Below, one piece after another: positions 11,073-20,609 of a DNA stretch of 64,000 nt. Position 1 is the stretch's first letter. Each line of letters starts with the position of its first letter. The DNA is taken from positions 6,993 through 70,992 of IMG/VR virus record IMGVR_UViG_3300032330_002024, one strand, 5' to 3'. This DNA comes from a virus (lineage: Duplodnaviria; Caudoviricetes). The translations under genes and the position numbers were made by a program. The notes under the pieces are model-generated. The model did no database searches. It was not told the DNA's origin and saw only the letters and a program-made list of their open reading frames with translations.

Positions 11073-11747
11073 ATGAAAATTGATTTAAAAATTATAGAAG
11101 AATTACAGAGACATAACCAAATTAATAGTTATATCACTGAACAAGAAGTTGCATTACCTCCGGCGCCAGGTGGAGAACCTGGTGGTGAATCACCATTACC
11201 TCCTCCTCCTGCAGACGCTACTGCAGGTGCAACACCTCCGACACCACCTCCAGCACCCGCAGAAACTTCGGCTCCTGTTAATACTGAAACTGACCCTGAT
11301 GTTGAAAAATTAGATGACGAAGGTAAATCTGAGGAAAAGAAAGAAAAAGGTAAAGAACTTGAAATAACTGATTTAGTTAAGTCTCAAAAAAATATTGAAG
11401 ACAAACAAGAAGAATATTTTGAAAATTTGTTTAAACATATTAATGATTTAGAGACAAAACTTTCTAATATGGATAATATTGTTAATAAACTAAATGATTT
11501 AGAAAGTAAGATTGAAAAATATAGAGAAAGAACTCCTCAAGAAAAATTAGAATTGAGAAGTTTAGACTCAGGACCATTTAATCAAAAATTATCTCAATTT
11601 TTTGAAGATAAAGAAGAGGATATGGAAAAAACAGGTAAAAATGAATATGTTTTAACTCAAAAAGATATTGAAGACTATTCACCAATTGATATTAAAAAAA
11701 GTTTTAGAGATTTTGGTGATGAAAACATTGGTGAATATGTAAGATAA
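11073..11747 (+). CDS. Acidic, Pro-rich hypothetical protein with coiled coil; putative head-associated protein
   Basis: Probable ATG at 11073 (track start 11061). IIEELQRHNQINSYITEQE, polyproline stretch, coiled coil. Confidence 0.7.
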   Translation: MKIDLKIIEELQRHNQINSYITEQEVALPPAPGGEPGGESPLPPPPADATAGATPPTPPPAPAETSAPVNTETDPDVEKLDDEGKSEEKKEKGKELEITDLVKSQKNIEDKQEEYFENLFKHINDLETKLSNMDNIVNKLNDLESKIEKYRERTPQEKLELRSLDSGPFNQKLSQFFEDKEEDMEKTGKNEYVLTQKDIEDYSPIDIKKSFRDFGDENIGEYVR

Positions 11748-11750
11748 TTT

Positions 11751-11772
11751 AACGGTCTTAGGACCGTTTTTT
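11751..11772 (+). terminator. Intrinsic terminator
   Basis: AACGGTC-ttag-GACCGTT hairpin followed by a T run. Confidence 0.8.
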
Positions 11773-11782
11773 ATCTAACGTA

Positions 11783-11812
11783 TTTGACTATACTACGGCT
11801 GACACTTATACT
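11783..11812 (+). promoter_or_regulatory. Sigma70-type promoter upstream of the SSB gene
   Basis: TTGACT(11784-89)-17 nt-TATACT(11807-12); also reads as Bacteroidota-style TTTG-20 nt-TA. Confidence 0.6.
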
Positions 11813-11836
11813 TAGTAAACAATTAAATTAACACAT

Positions 11837-12685
11837 ATGGCGACAAACAATTCTCTGGACGCTGTTCTTGCACAGTACGAACAAGCGACAAAAGGTGGTT
11901 CATCTTCTACCTCAATGACACAAGATGAAAGAATGAAAAAATACTTTGCGGCTATCCTTAAGGATAACGAAAAACAAGGTCAAAAGAGATTACGTATTCT
12001 CCCTACAAAAGACGGCTCATCACCTTTCAAAGAGGTATGGTACCACGAAGTACAGATTGATGGAAAGTGGAATAAAATTTACGACCCTGGAAAAAACGAC
12101 AATGAACGTTCACCGTTAACAGAAGTTTATGAAGAACTTATGTCAACAGGTAAAGAGTCGGACAAAGAACTTGCTAAACAATATAAAGCAAGAAAGTTTT
12201 ATATTATTAAAGTTGTTGACCGTGATAACGAACAAGACGGAGTTAAGTTTTGGAGATTCAAACACAACTACAAAAACGAAGGGATTTTGGATAAGATTAT
12301 TCCAATTTTCAGAGCTAAAGGTGATATTACTGACCCTGAAAAAGGAAGAGATATTATTTTGGAATTAACCAAAGCAAAAACTCCAAAAGGAGCAACATAC
12401 ACGGTAATTCAAACCATTATGTATGATGACCCAACACCTGTACATGAAGAAAAAACAATTTCTGATTCTTGGGTTAACGATGAGTTAACTTGGTCAGATG
12501 TTTATTCTAAAAAACCTGTTGAATATTTGGAGGCAATTGCAAGAGGTGAAGTACCTAGATGGGACTCAAATGCGGGTAAATATGTTTACGGAAATTCTGA
12601 CGAATCTCTTGTTTCTTTCGGTGGAAACACACCAATAGTTGACCCACAAGCTGGCAACGAACCTGATGGTGATTTACCATTCTAA
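11837..12685 (+). CDS. Single-stranded DNA-binding protein, T4 gp32-like, with DLPF C-terminus
   Basis: RLRILP..PFKEVWYH..PLTEVYEEL..ARKFYIIKVV..VKFWRF..DITDPEKGRDIIL; acidic tail ending DGDLPF; precedes recA. Confidence 0.8.
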   Translation: MATNNSLDAVLAQYEQATKGGSSSTSMTQDERMKKYFAAILKDNEKQGQKRLRILPTKDGSSPFKEVWYHEVQIDGKWNKIYDPGKNDNERSPLTEVYEELMSTGKESDKELAKQYKARKFYIIKVVDRDNEQDGVKFWRFKHNYKNEGILDKIIPIFRAKGDITDPEKGRDIILELTKAKTPKGATYTVIQTIMYDDPTPVHEEKTISDSWVNDELTWSDVYSKKPVEYLEAIARGEVPRWDSNAGKYVYGNSDESLVSFGGNTPIVDPQAGNEPDGDLPF

Positions 12686-12691
12686 TTCATT

Positions 12692-12737
12692 GAACTTGGA
12701 CATCTATTTAAACAAGGTGTCCAAGTTCTTATTTTTT
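12692..12737 (+). terminator. Intrinsic terminator
   Basis: 14-bp stem GAACTTGGACATCT / AGGTGTCCAAGTTC (one G-U), then TTATTTTTT. Confidence 0.8.
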
Positions 12738-12767
12738 AACAAATTTTTAATTAACACATAGACATTT

Positions 12768-13757
12768 ATGGCTATTAAGAAAAAAGAAATTGGATTGGAT
12801 TCAATTAAATCCAAGTTTTCATCAAAAACAAAATATAAACCTGAAAGTTACTACAATTGTGGGGATGCTTTCATGGGTGCATGTGGATTACCAGGTCCTG
12901 TTATGGGTGGTATAAATATGTTTTTAGGTCATTCTAATTCATCTAAAACTACTGCTATGATATTGGCGGCAGCTGATGCTCAGAAAAAGGGACATTTACC
13001 TGTTTTCATTATTACGGAGAAAAAATGGTCTTGGACACATGCTGTTGAATTAGGATTATCAGCGTCTCAAAACTCTGAAGGTGAATGGGATGGTGATTTC
13101 ATTTTTAACGATAGTTTTGACTATATTGAACAAGCTACTGATTTTATTAATGAGGTATTAGATGCTCAAGAAAAAGGTGACTTACCATATAATTTATTGT
13201 TCTTATGGGATTCAGTTGGAAGTATTCCTTGTAAAATGACATTTGAAGGTAAGGGTGGAAAAATGCACAACGCTTCTACACTTGCTGATAAGATTGGTAT
13301 GGGGATACACTCAAGAATTAGTAAATCAAAAAAAGAAGAGTATCCGTATTACAATACAATGGTAGTTGTAAACCAACCTTGGGTTGATTTACCTGATAAC
13401 CCATTTGGACAACCTGAAATCAAGGCAAAGGGTGGTGAGGCGTTATGGTTAGCATCCGCATTAGTGTTCTTATTTGGAAATCAGAAGAAGGCTGGTATTA
13501 ATCATATTACCGCAACAAAAAATGGTAGAACTGTTCGTTATGCAATCAGAACCAAAATCTCTATTTTGAAAAACCACGTAAATGGTTTAGGTTATAGTGA
13601 TGGTAAGATTATTGCTGTACCACAGGGTTATATTTCAGACACTAAAGAGGCTTTAGAAAGCTACAAAAAAGAATTCTCACAGTATTGGAACGCTGTTTTA
13701 ACAGGTACAGGTGAGATTCTTCTTGATGAGGAAGTTATTGAACATATTGAAGACTAG
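12768..13757 (+). CDS. recA: RecA/UvsX-family recombinase
   Basis: Walker A-like GHSNSSKTT, Walker B FLWDSV, VVVNQ, GGEALW..S, TKISILKNHV. Confidence 0.85.
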   Translation: MAIKKKEIGLDSIKSKFSSKTKYKPESYYNCGDAFMGACGLPGPVMGGINMFLGHSNSSKTTAMILAAADAQKKGHLPVFIITEKKWSWTHAVELGLSASQNSEGEWDGDFIFNDSFDYIEQATDFINEVLDAQEKGDLPYNLLFLWDSVGSIPCKMTFEGKGGKMHNASTLADKIGMGIHSRISKSKKEEYPYYNTMVVVNQPWVDLPDNPFGQPEIKAKGGEALWLASALVFLFGNQKKAGINHITATKNGRTVRYAIRTKISILKNHVNGLGYSDGKIIAVPQGYISDTKEALESYKKEFSQYWNAVLTGTGEILLDEEVIEHIED

Positions 13758-13776
13758 AACTTTAAAAATAATTTAA

Positions 13777-14790
13777 GTGATTAAAACACTATTAATTGAC
13801 GGTAACAATTTATTAAAAATCGGTTTTCATGGTGTGAAAGACTTCTTTAATGGAGGGAAACACGTTGGGGGTATTTGGCATTTTCTGAATACCACCCGAC
13901 GTTTTATTGAAGAACAAAACTTTGATAAAGTTGTTGTTTTTTGGGATGGTGATGATAGTTCTTCCGCCCGAAAATTAATTTACCCTCAATACAAAGAAAA
14001 TCGTAAAATTTATAAAGAAGAGTTTAAAGAACAATCTTTTGATGAGCAAAAACAACGAGTTAAACAATATCTTGAAGAGATGTTTGTTAGACAGGTAGAT
14101 ATTGATAATAATGAAGCTGATGATTTAATTGCTTATTACTGTAAGATATCAACAAATGAAACTATAACCATTTTTTCGGGTGATAGGGACTTGACTCAAC
14201 TTATTAGTGATAATGTCTCAATCTATTCTCCAAACACAAAATTAACATATAAAAATGGTGATTTTATTAGATTATATGAGGCTGAAATACCTCATTATAA
14301 TGTTATAACTTATAAAGTATTATCTGGTGATAAATCTGACAATATTGATGGTATCTATTTTTTAGGTGAAAAAACTTTTATTAAATTATTTCCCGAAATA
14401 CTTGAAAAACCGACATCTGTTTCTGATATTTTAACAAGAGCGGAAATGTTATTCGCTGAAGACAAAGAAAACAAAGTATTACAAAATTTACTTACAGGTA
14501 AAACCAAATCAGGTATCTATGGAAATGAATTTTTTGAGATTAACACAAAAATCGTGGATTTGTCTAATCCGTTAATCACAGAAGAAGGAAAAGAAATTGT
14601 TGAACTTTATTATAAAGAAACATTAGACCCCGAAGGTAGAGGGTATAGAAATCTTATTCGCATGATGATGGAAGATGGATTTTTTAAATTTTTACCAAAA
14701 GGAGACGAAGCTTGGGTTAACTTTGTAAAACCCTTTTTAAAACTAACAAGAAAAGAAAAGAAAAAATATCAAACAAAAAATAAATTATGA
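13777..14790 (+). CDS. 5'-3' exonuclease / flap endonuclease (PolI N-terminal domain, T4 RNase H-like)
   Basis: LLIDGNN, VVVFWDG, YPQYKENR, EADDLIA, SGDRDLTQL, GDKSDNIDGI..LGEKT. Confidence 0.9.
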   Translation: MIKTLLIDGNNLLKIGFHGVKDFFNGGKHVGGIWHFLNTTRRFIEEQNFDKVVVFWDGDDSSSARKLIYPQYKENRKIYKEEFKEQSFDEQKQRVKQYLEEMFVRQVDIDNNEADDLIAYYCKISTNETITIFSGDRDLTQLISDNVSIYSPNTKLTYKNGDFIRLYEAEIPHYNVITYKVLSGDKSDNIDGIYFLGEKTFIKLFPEILEKPTSVSDILTRAEMLFAEDKENKVLQNLLTGKTKSGIYGNEFFEINTKIVDLSNPLITEEGKEIVELYYKETLDPEGRGYRNLIRMMMEDGFFKFLPKGDEAWVNFVKPFLKLTRKEKKKYQTKNKL

Positions 14791-15239
14791 AAGAACAAGA
14801 TGTAACCAAATTGGAATTTTTGATGAAAGTTAATGACAACATCATCGTCCAAAGATTTTTCAACGTTAGGAATTATAATCCTAAGGCGAAAAACTCAGAT
14901 GACCTTTATGAATATATAAAGGACTTCAAAGATGAAATGTGCCATATTTTGAAAATGAAAACTGTTGACTATATGTTACAGAATTCATATGAAATTATGG
15001 AGAATCCAGAAATTCTTGAGACCTCATTTACTGATGGTCCTGAATATTTTTCACTTATTATTAGGTATAACGACATGACAATTTGTCATAGATTGTTTGA
15101 CGCTAAAATATACCCACCTAAAATAAGATACACCGTAGACATCCGTCCGCAAATAAAAAGTTTGTTGTCAGACTTGACAGATATTTTTTCGGCTGAAAAT
15201 TTAACATTTAGTAACTACGAAATTCCTGTAGAGGGGTAA
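14787..15239 (+). CDS. Hypothetical protein (150 aa)
   Basis: ATGA overlap with the upstream stop; coding-strand ORF. Confidence 0.75.
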   Translation: MKEQDVTKLEFLMKVNDNIIVQRFFNVRNYNPKAKNSDDLYEYIKDFKDEMCHILKMKTVDYMLQNSYEIMENPEILETSFTDGPEYFSLIIRYNDMTICHRLFDAKIYPPKIRYTVDIRPQIKSLLSDLTDIFSAENLTFSNYEIPVEG

Positions 15240-15246
15240 TATTTAT
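15240..15246 (+). promoter_or_regulatory. TATTTAT motif
   Basis: 22 nt before the helicase ATG. Confidence 0.4.
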
Positions 15247-15268
15247 CAATTACAAGAATAAAAAAATT

Positions 15269-16651
15269 ATGGCGACAATTAAAAATTTTGACTATCTAGG
15301 CTCTACATTCCAAATTCAATTGGTTAATCAAATTATTGTAGACAAAGAGTTCGGAAGGTCCATAATTGATGTAATTGAGACAAACTATTTCGAAAATAAG
15401 TACTTCAAAATTATCATGCAAATGATTAAGGAGTATTATTTAAAGTACGAACACACACCTACTTTTGATACTTTGGAACAGATAACAAAGTCTGAATTAC
15501 AGCAAGAGTTGGCTTCCAAAATTGTTCTTGACACTATCACCAAAATCAAAGAATCAACGATTGAAGGTGGTCAGTTTGTTCAAGAAAAAGCACTTAAATT
15601 TTGTAAACAACAAGAGTTACAAAAGGCAATCACTAAAGCTCAAAAAGTTATTGACGGAGGAGAGTTTGAAAACTACGACACATTAGAGCAACTAATTAAA
15701 GACGCATTACAAGTTGGGGAAAGAGAAGATGGAATGTCGGATGTATTCTCTAATCTTGATGATGTATTAAATGAGGATTACAGACACCCAATACCTATGG
15801 GAATACCAGGTATTGATAGATTGTTAAAGGGTGGATTGGCAAAAGGTGAGATAGGTGTGATTTTGGCTCCGACAGGAGTTGGTAAATCAACATTCTTAAC
15901 TAAAATCTCAAATCACGCATACAATTTAGGTTATGGTGTACTCCAAATATTTTTTGAGGATAACCCTAAAATTATCCAAAGAAAACATTTCACATTATGG
16001 ACCAAAGTTCACCCTGATGAATTATCAATCAAAAAGGAAGAAGTAATGGTTAAGGTTAAAGAAATTGAGGATAAAATGGAGAATAAATTACTTCTTCAAA
16101 AATTACCATCAGATACTTTAACAATTCTTCAAATCAAGAATATGATTAGAAAAATGATTGCCGACGGTGTTAAGTTAGATATGGTTGTTTTAGATTATAT
16201 TGATTGTGTGGTACCTGATAAAAATTTAGGTGATGAGTGGAAATCAGAAGGTTCTGTTATGAGAGGATTTGAAGCCATGTGTCACGAATTAGATTTAGTT
16301 GGATGGACTGCAACTCAAGGTAACCGAAGTTCAATCTCATCAGAAGTAGTTACTACTGACCAAATGGGTGGGTCAATTAAAAAGGCTCAAGTCGGTCACG
16401 TGATTATATCAGTAGCAAAATCATTACAACAAAAAGAGATGAAATTAGCAACAATTGCGATAACTAAATCAAGAATTGGTGATGATGGAGTTGTATTTGA
16501 GAATTGTAAATTTGATAATGGATATTTAGATATTGATACGGATAGTTCAGTTACGTTTTTAGGACTTGAGGAACAAAATGAAGAGAAAAAACGAAACAGA
16601 ATTCAAGAGTTATTAGAAAAAAGAAAACAAAGAGAACAACAAAATAATTAA
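15269..16651 (+). CDS. dnaB: Replicative DNA helicase (DnaB / T4 gp41 family)
   Basis: Walker [32 protein letters not shown]. Confidence 0.9.
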   Translation: MATIKNFDYLGSTFQIQLVNQIIVDKEFGRSIIDVIETNYFENKYFKIIMQMIKEYYLKYEHTPTFDTLEQITKSELQQELASKIVLDTITKIKESTIEGGQFVQEKALKFCKQQELQKAITKAQKVIDGGEFENYDTLEQLIKDALQVGEREDGMSDVFSNLDDVLNEDYRHPIPMGIPGIDRLLKGGLAKGEIGVILAPTGVGKSTFLTKISNHAYNLGYGVLQIFFEDNPKIIQRKHFTLWTKVHPDELSIKKEEVMVKVKEIEDKMENKLLLQKLPSDTLTILQIKNMIRKMIADGVKLDMVVLDYIDCVVPDKNLGDEWKSEGSVMRGFEAMCHELDLVGWTATQGNRSSISSEVVTTDQMGGSIKKAQVGHVIISVAKSLQQKEMKLATIAITKSRIGDDGVVFENCKFDNGYLDIDTDSSVTFLGLEEQNEEKKRNRIQELLEKRKQREQQNN

Positions 16652-16656
16652 ATAAT

Positions 16657-17604
16657 ATGGAGAAAATATTAGTAGAAAATCCTAACAGATTTGTTATATT
16701 CCCAATCGAACACAATGATATTTGGGAATTTTATAAAATGCATCAAGCCGCGTTTTGGACAGCTGAAGAGGTTGATTTATCAGGTGATATTAGAGATTGG
16801 GAAAACCTATCTGAGAATGAACAATATTTCATTAAGAATATTTTATCATTTTTTGCGGCATCTGACGGTATTGTGAATGAAAATTTGGCGGAGAATTTCT
16901 ACCGTGAAGTACAATACCCTGAAGCAAAATTCTTTTACGGAATCCAACTTGCTATGGAAAACATCCATTCATTAATGTATTCATTATTGATTGATACATA
17001 TATTTCAAACGAACAAGAAAAACAGTTATGTTTTACCGCATTGGATAATCTTCCTGCGGTTCAAAAGAAGGCTAAATGGGCTTTGGATTGGATTGAAAAT
17101 GTATCTTTTGAAGAGAGATTAGTTGCTTTCGCAGCGGTTGAGGGTATCTTCTTCTCAGGTTCATTCTGTTCAATCTTTTGGTTAAAATCACGTGGTATTA
17201 TGCAAGGTTTGTGTAATGCTAATTCATTAATCTTTAAAGATGAGAATTTACACTGTGATTTTGCGATTCATTTATTGAACAATCACATTGAAAACAAACC
17301 AAGTGAGAAGAGAATTAAAGAAATTCTACTTTCAGCTCTTGAGATTGAAAAAGAATTCATCACAGAATCATTACCAGTTTCACTTATTGGTATGAATTCA
17401 AATTTAATGAAACAATATCTTGAGTTTGTTGTTGATGGTTTATTGGTAAAGTTTGGATGTAAAAAACAATTTAATGTTGAACAACCGTTCAAATTCATGG
17501 AACAAATCGCAGTTGAAACAAAAGGTAATTTCTTCGAGTCAAGAACTGTTGAATACCAAAAAGCTAAATTGAACGAAACATTGTCCTTTACTGACGATTT
17601 CTAA
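16657..17604 (+). CDS. nrdB: Ribonucleotide reductase class Ia beta subunit
   Basis: [47 protein letters not shown]. Confidence 0.95.
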   Translation: MEKILVENPNRFVIFPIEHNDIWEFYKMHQAAFWTAEEVDLSGDIRDWENLSENEQYFIKNILSFFAASDGIVNENLAENFYREVQYPEAKFFYGIQLAMENIHSLMYSLLIDTYISNEQEKQLCFTALDNLPAVQKKAKWALDWIENVSFEERLVAFAAVEGIFFSGSFCSIFWLKSRGIMQGLCNANSLIFKDENLHCDFAIHLLNNHIENKPSEKRIKEILLSALEIEKEFITESLPVSLIGMNSNLMKQYLEFVVDGLLVKFGCKKQFNVEQPFKFMEQIAVETKGNFFESRTVEYQKAKLNETLSFTDDF

Positions 17605-17624
17605 TTTATTATTCTTATAGAACT

Positions 17625-20057
17625 ATGATGTCACTTAAAATTAAAAAGAGAGGGGGAGATGATGCGTCATTTAATCCACAGAAAATTTATAACCGTATTA
17701 AAAGAGCTTCAAAGGGGTTGAGTGTCAACTCCGATGAAATCTTTATTAAAGTTATCACTTCAGTACCAACTGAAGGTATTATTACAACAAAAGAATTAGA
17801 TAAGTTAATCTATGAAATTGCTGCGGCATTTACAGGTAGTCATCACGATTACTCAAGATTAGCTTCTTCAGTTGCTATTTCATCTTATCATAAGGAAACT
17901 GACTCAAGTTTTTCAAATACAATGCATACCCTACACGTTGATGGTGTTGTGAGTAATGATTTAATGGAAATTGTTGAATCTTATGGTCCTGATAAGATTG
18001 ATGAAGTAATCAATCACGATAATGATTATAATTTTGATTACTTTGCTTGGAGGTCACTTGCTGAAATGTATTTGTTAAAATTACCTGATGGTAAAGTTGT
18101 TGAAAGACCACAACATATGTATATGAGAGTTGCTCTTTGGGTGACTAATACATTTGAAGAGGCGGTTGAATATTATCAAGCGTTATCTAATCAAAGAATT
18201 TCACCGGCAACACCAATTATGATTAATGCTGGTACTAAAACACCACAATTGGCGTCTTGTGTTCTTCATTATAATGATTCTGATTCTCGTGAGGGATTAC
18301 TGAACACTATGAGAGACATCTCAACGTACTCATCGGACGCTGCGGGTATCGGACTATCAATGTCTAACATCCGTAGTAAGGAGAGTCGTATTTCATCTTC
18401 AGGTGGATATGCGGGTGGACTTTTAAAGTATTTGAAGATTGTAAACGAGTCACTTCGTTTCTTTAATCAACAAGGACGTAGACCTGGTTCTGCGGCAATT
18501 TACTTGGAACCTTGGCATAAAGATATCTTTGACCTATTGGAAATTAAAAAGAACACAGGTGCTGAGGAATTAAGAGCACGTGATTTGTTTACAGCACTTT
18601 GGATTCCTGATAACTTTATGAATGCGGTTAAGAACAACGACGATTGGTATTTGTTCTGTCCTAACGATATTATTAAAGCAGGTATCAAACCATTACAAGA
18701 GTCTTATGGTGATGAGTATGAAACTAACTATAACAAAGCAGTTGAGTTAGGTCTTGGTAAAAAAGTTAAAGCTCAAGAAATTTGGAATAAGATTATTGAA
18801 TCACAAGTTGAAACGGGTGTTCCATACTTATGTTCTAAAGATAGTGCCAACAGAAAGACGAACCATCAGAACATTGGTGTTATCAAACAATCAAATCTTT
18901 GTAATGAAATATATCAATACACTGACGAGAATATAACTGCAATCTGTACTCTTTCATCTATGGTGTTAAAGAACTATGTAAAAGATGGTGAGTTTGATTT
19001 TGAAGGGTTATATGAAGAAACACGTAAGGTTGTAAGAGCGTTAAACAAAGTTGTTAACATCAACAATTACTCAACTGAAAAAGGACGTAAGGGTGGATTA
19101 TACCAAAGAGCAATTGCTATCGGAACTCAAGGACTTGCAGATGTATTCTATTTGATGGATTATATCTTCACATCTGACGAAGCTCGTAAATTGAATAAAG
19201 AGATTTTTGAAACAATCTATTTTGCGGCTATTACTGAAAGTAACCGATTGTGTATGGATGGTAAGTATGAACCATACGCTTACTTTAATGGGTCACCAAT
19301 GTCACAAGGAGTATTCCAATTTGATATGTGGGGATTAAAAGAAGATGAGTTATCAGGAAGATGGTCATGGTCAATTCTAAAAGAGAATGTTAGTAAGTAT
19401 GGAGTTTGTAACTCATTATTTACCGCTCAAATGCCTGTAGCTTCTTCAGCTAAGATTACAGGTTCATATGAAATGACTGAACCCGCTCACTCGGCAATCT
19501 TTAATAGACGTGTGGTTGGTGGAGAAATTATGATTGTTAATAAGTATTTGATTAGTGATTTTGAAAAGATTGGAATTTGGTCTGAAGATTTAAAGAATGA
19601 AATCATTATGAATGAAGGTTCAATTCAAAACATTAATTTCAATAACTACCTTGACCAAGAAGATAAAAGATATAACTTCAAAGTTAAACGAACTGAACAC
19701 TTAATTAAGAAATACAAAACAATTTGGGAAATTTCACAAAGAGAATTGATTGAGATGGCTGCGGACAGAGCACCATTTATTGACCAATCACAATCAATGA
19801 ATATCTACATGTCAAATCCAACATTGTCAAAGATTTCATCATCACATTTCTACGGATGGGAAAAAGGATTGAAAACACTTTGTTATTACGTTAGAACAAG
19901 AGCAATCTCAACGGGAGCTAAACACTTGGCAATGGACGTATCAAAAATTAACAAACCAAAGACAACTCCTGAACCACCAAAGGTTGATTATAGTTATATG
20001 AATCTACCTGACAAACCTGAAAATAGTGAATTCGATTGTTTTGGATGTTCTTCTTAA
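17625..20057 (+). CDS. nrdA: Ribonucleotide reductase class Ia alpha subunit with ATP cone
   Basis: ATP cone IKKRGG..FNPQKI; LASC, SNLCNEI, CTLSS, MPVASS, LCYYVRT; C-terminal CFGCSS. Confidence 0.95.
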   Translation: MMSLKIKKRGGDDASFNPQKIYNRIKRASKGLSVNSDEIFIKVITSVPTEGIITTKELDKLIYEIAAAFTGSHHDYSRLASSVAISSYHKETDSSFSNTMHTLHVDGVVSNDLMEIVESYGPDKIDEVINHDNDYNFDYFAWRSLAEMYLLKLPDGKVVERPQHMYMRVALWVTNTFEEAVEYYQALSNQRISPATPIMINAGTKTPQLASCVLHYNDSDSREGLLNTMRDISTYSSDAAGIGLSMSNIRSKESRISSSGGYAGGLLKYLKIVNESLRFFNQQGRRPGSAAIYLEPWHKDIFDLLEIKKNTGAEELRARDLFTALWIPDNFMNAVKNNDDWYLFCPNDIIKAGIKPLQESYGDEYETNYNKAVELGLGKKVKAQEIWNKIIESQVETGVPYLCSKDSANRKTNHQNIGVIKQSNLCNEIYQYTDENITAICTLSSMVLKNYVKDGEFDFEGLYEETRKVVRALNKVVNINNYSTEKGRKGGLYQRAIAIGTQGLADVFYLMDYIFTSDEARKLNKEIFETIYFAAITESNRLCMDGKYEPYAYFNGSPMSQGVFQFDMWGLKEDELSGRWSWSILKENVSKYGVCNSLFTAQMPVASSAKITGSYEMTEPAHSAIFNRRVVGGEIMIVNKYLISDFEKIGIWSEDLKNEIIMNEGSIQNINFNNYLDQEDKRYNFKVKRTEHLIKKYKTIWEISQRELIEMAADRAPFIDQSQSMNIYMSNPTLSKISSSHFYGWEKGLKTLCYYVRTRAISTGAKHLAMDVSKINKPKTTPEPPKVDYSYMNLPDKPENSEFDCFGCSS

Positions 20058-20072
20058 AAAATCCGATGTGTT

Positions 20073-20100
20073 ATCCCGAGCTAGGTCGGGATTTTTTATT
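20073..20100 (+). terminator. Intrinsic terminator
   Basis: ATCCCGA-gctagg-TCGGGAT followed by TTTTT. Confidence 0.8.
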
Positions 20101-20132
20101 TTTCATATTTAGATTAAAATATTTAAATATAA

Positions 20133-20139
20133 TATTTAT
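20133..20139 (+). promoter_or_regulatory. TATTTAT motif, candidate late promoter
   Basis: 5 nt before the gp25 ATG. Confidence 0.5.
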
Positions 20140-20144
20140 GTAAT

Positions 20145-20603
20145 ATGGCAGAAGGTAAAACATATGGTATAAATTTTCCATTCCAAGATTCGAGGTATGG
20201 AAATTATTTTGGCTTATCACAAAATAATGATGAGGAAATTAGGTCTAGTTTAATACATTTAATATTAACGAGAAAAGGTTCAAGATACTATCTTCCTGAT
20301 TTTGGAACTCGTCTTTATGAATATATTTTTGAACCGTTGGACGGTCCTACATTTTCAGATATTGAATCTGAAATTAGAGAATCCGTTGATGAGTATTTAC
20401 CAAGTATTACAATAACAAATATTGAAATAAAAGATGCTTCAGTAGGTTTAGAAAACAAAGGAACTTATGTTAATGATAACGATGAAAGAGTTTTCAAGGT
20501 TCCTGGAATATCTGATATCGAACACACGGCTAAAATAAAAATTGATTATAGAATTAATAATGATGCTTTCAATCAGAGTGATTTTGTGATTATTAATATT
20601 TAA
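20145..20603 (+). CDS. Baseplate wedge subunit, gp25/GpW family
   Basis: EEIRSSLIHLILTRKGSRYYLPDFGTRLYEYIFEP..IRESVDEYLP..I..I.I. Confidence 0.9.
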   Translation: MAEGKTYGINFPFQDSRYGNYFGLSQNNDEEIRSSLIHLILTRKGSRYYLPDFGTRLYEYIFEPLDGPTFSDIESEIRESVDEYLPSITITNIEIKDASVGLENKGTYVNDNDERVFKVPGISDIEHTAKIKIDYRINNDAFNQSDFVIINI

Positions 20604-20609
20604 GGATAT

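Noticed and set aside
12768-20057. Inteins or group I introns in recA, dnaB, nrdA or nrdB
   Set aside because: All have ordinary lengths and contiguous motifs
20057-20096. Alternative pairing AAAAATCCGA with TCGGGATTTTT (possible antiterminator)
   Set aside because: Imperfect, weaker than the local hairpin, and no regulatory context
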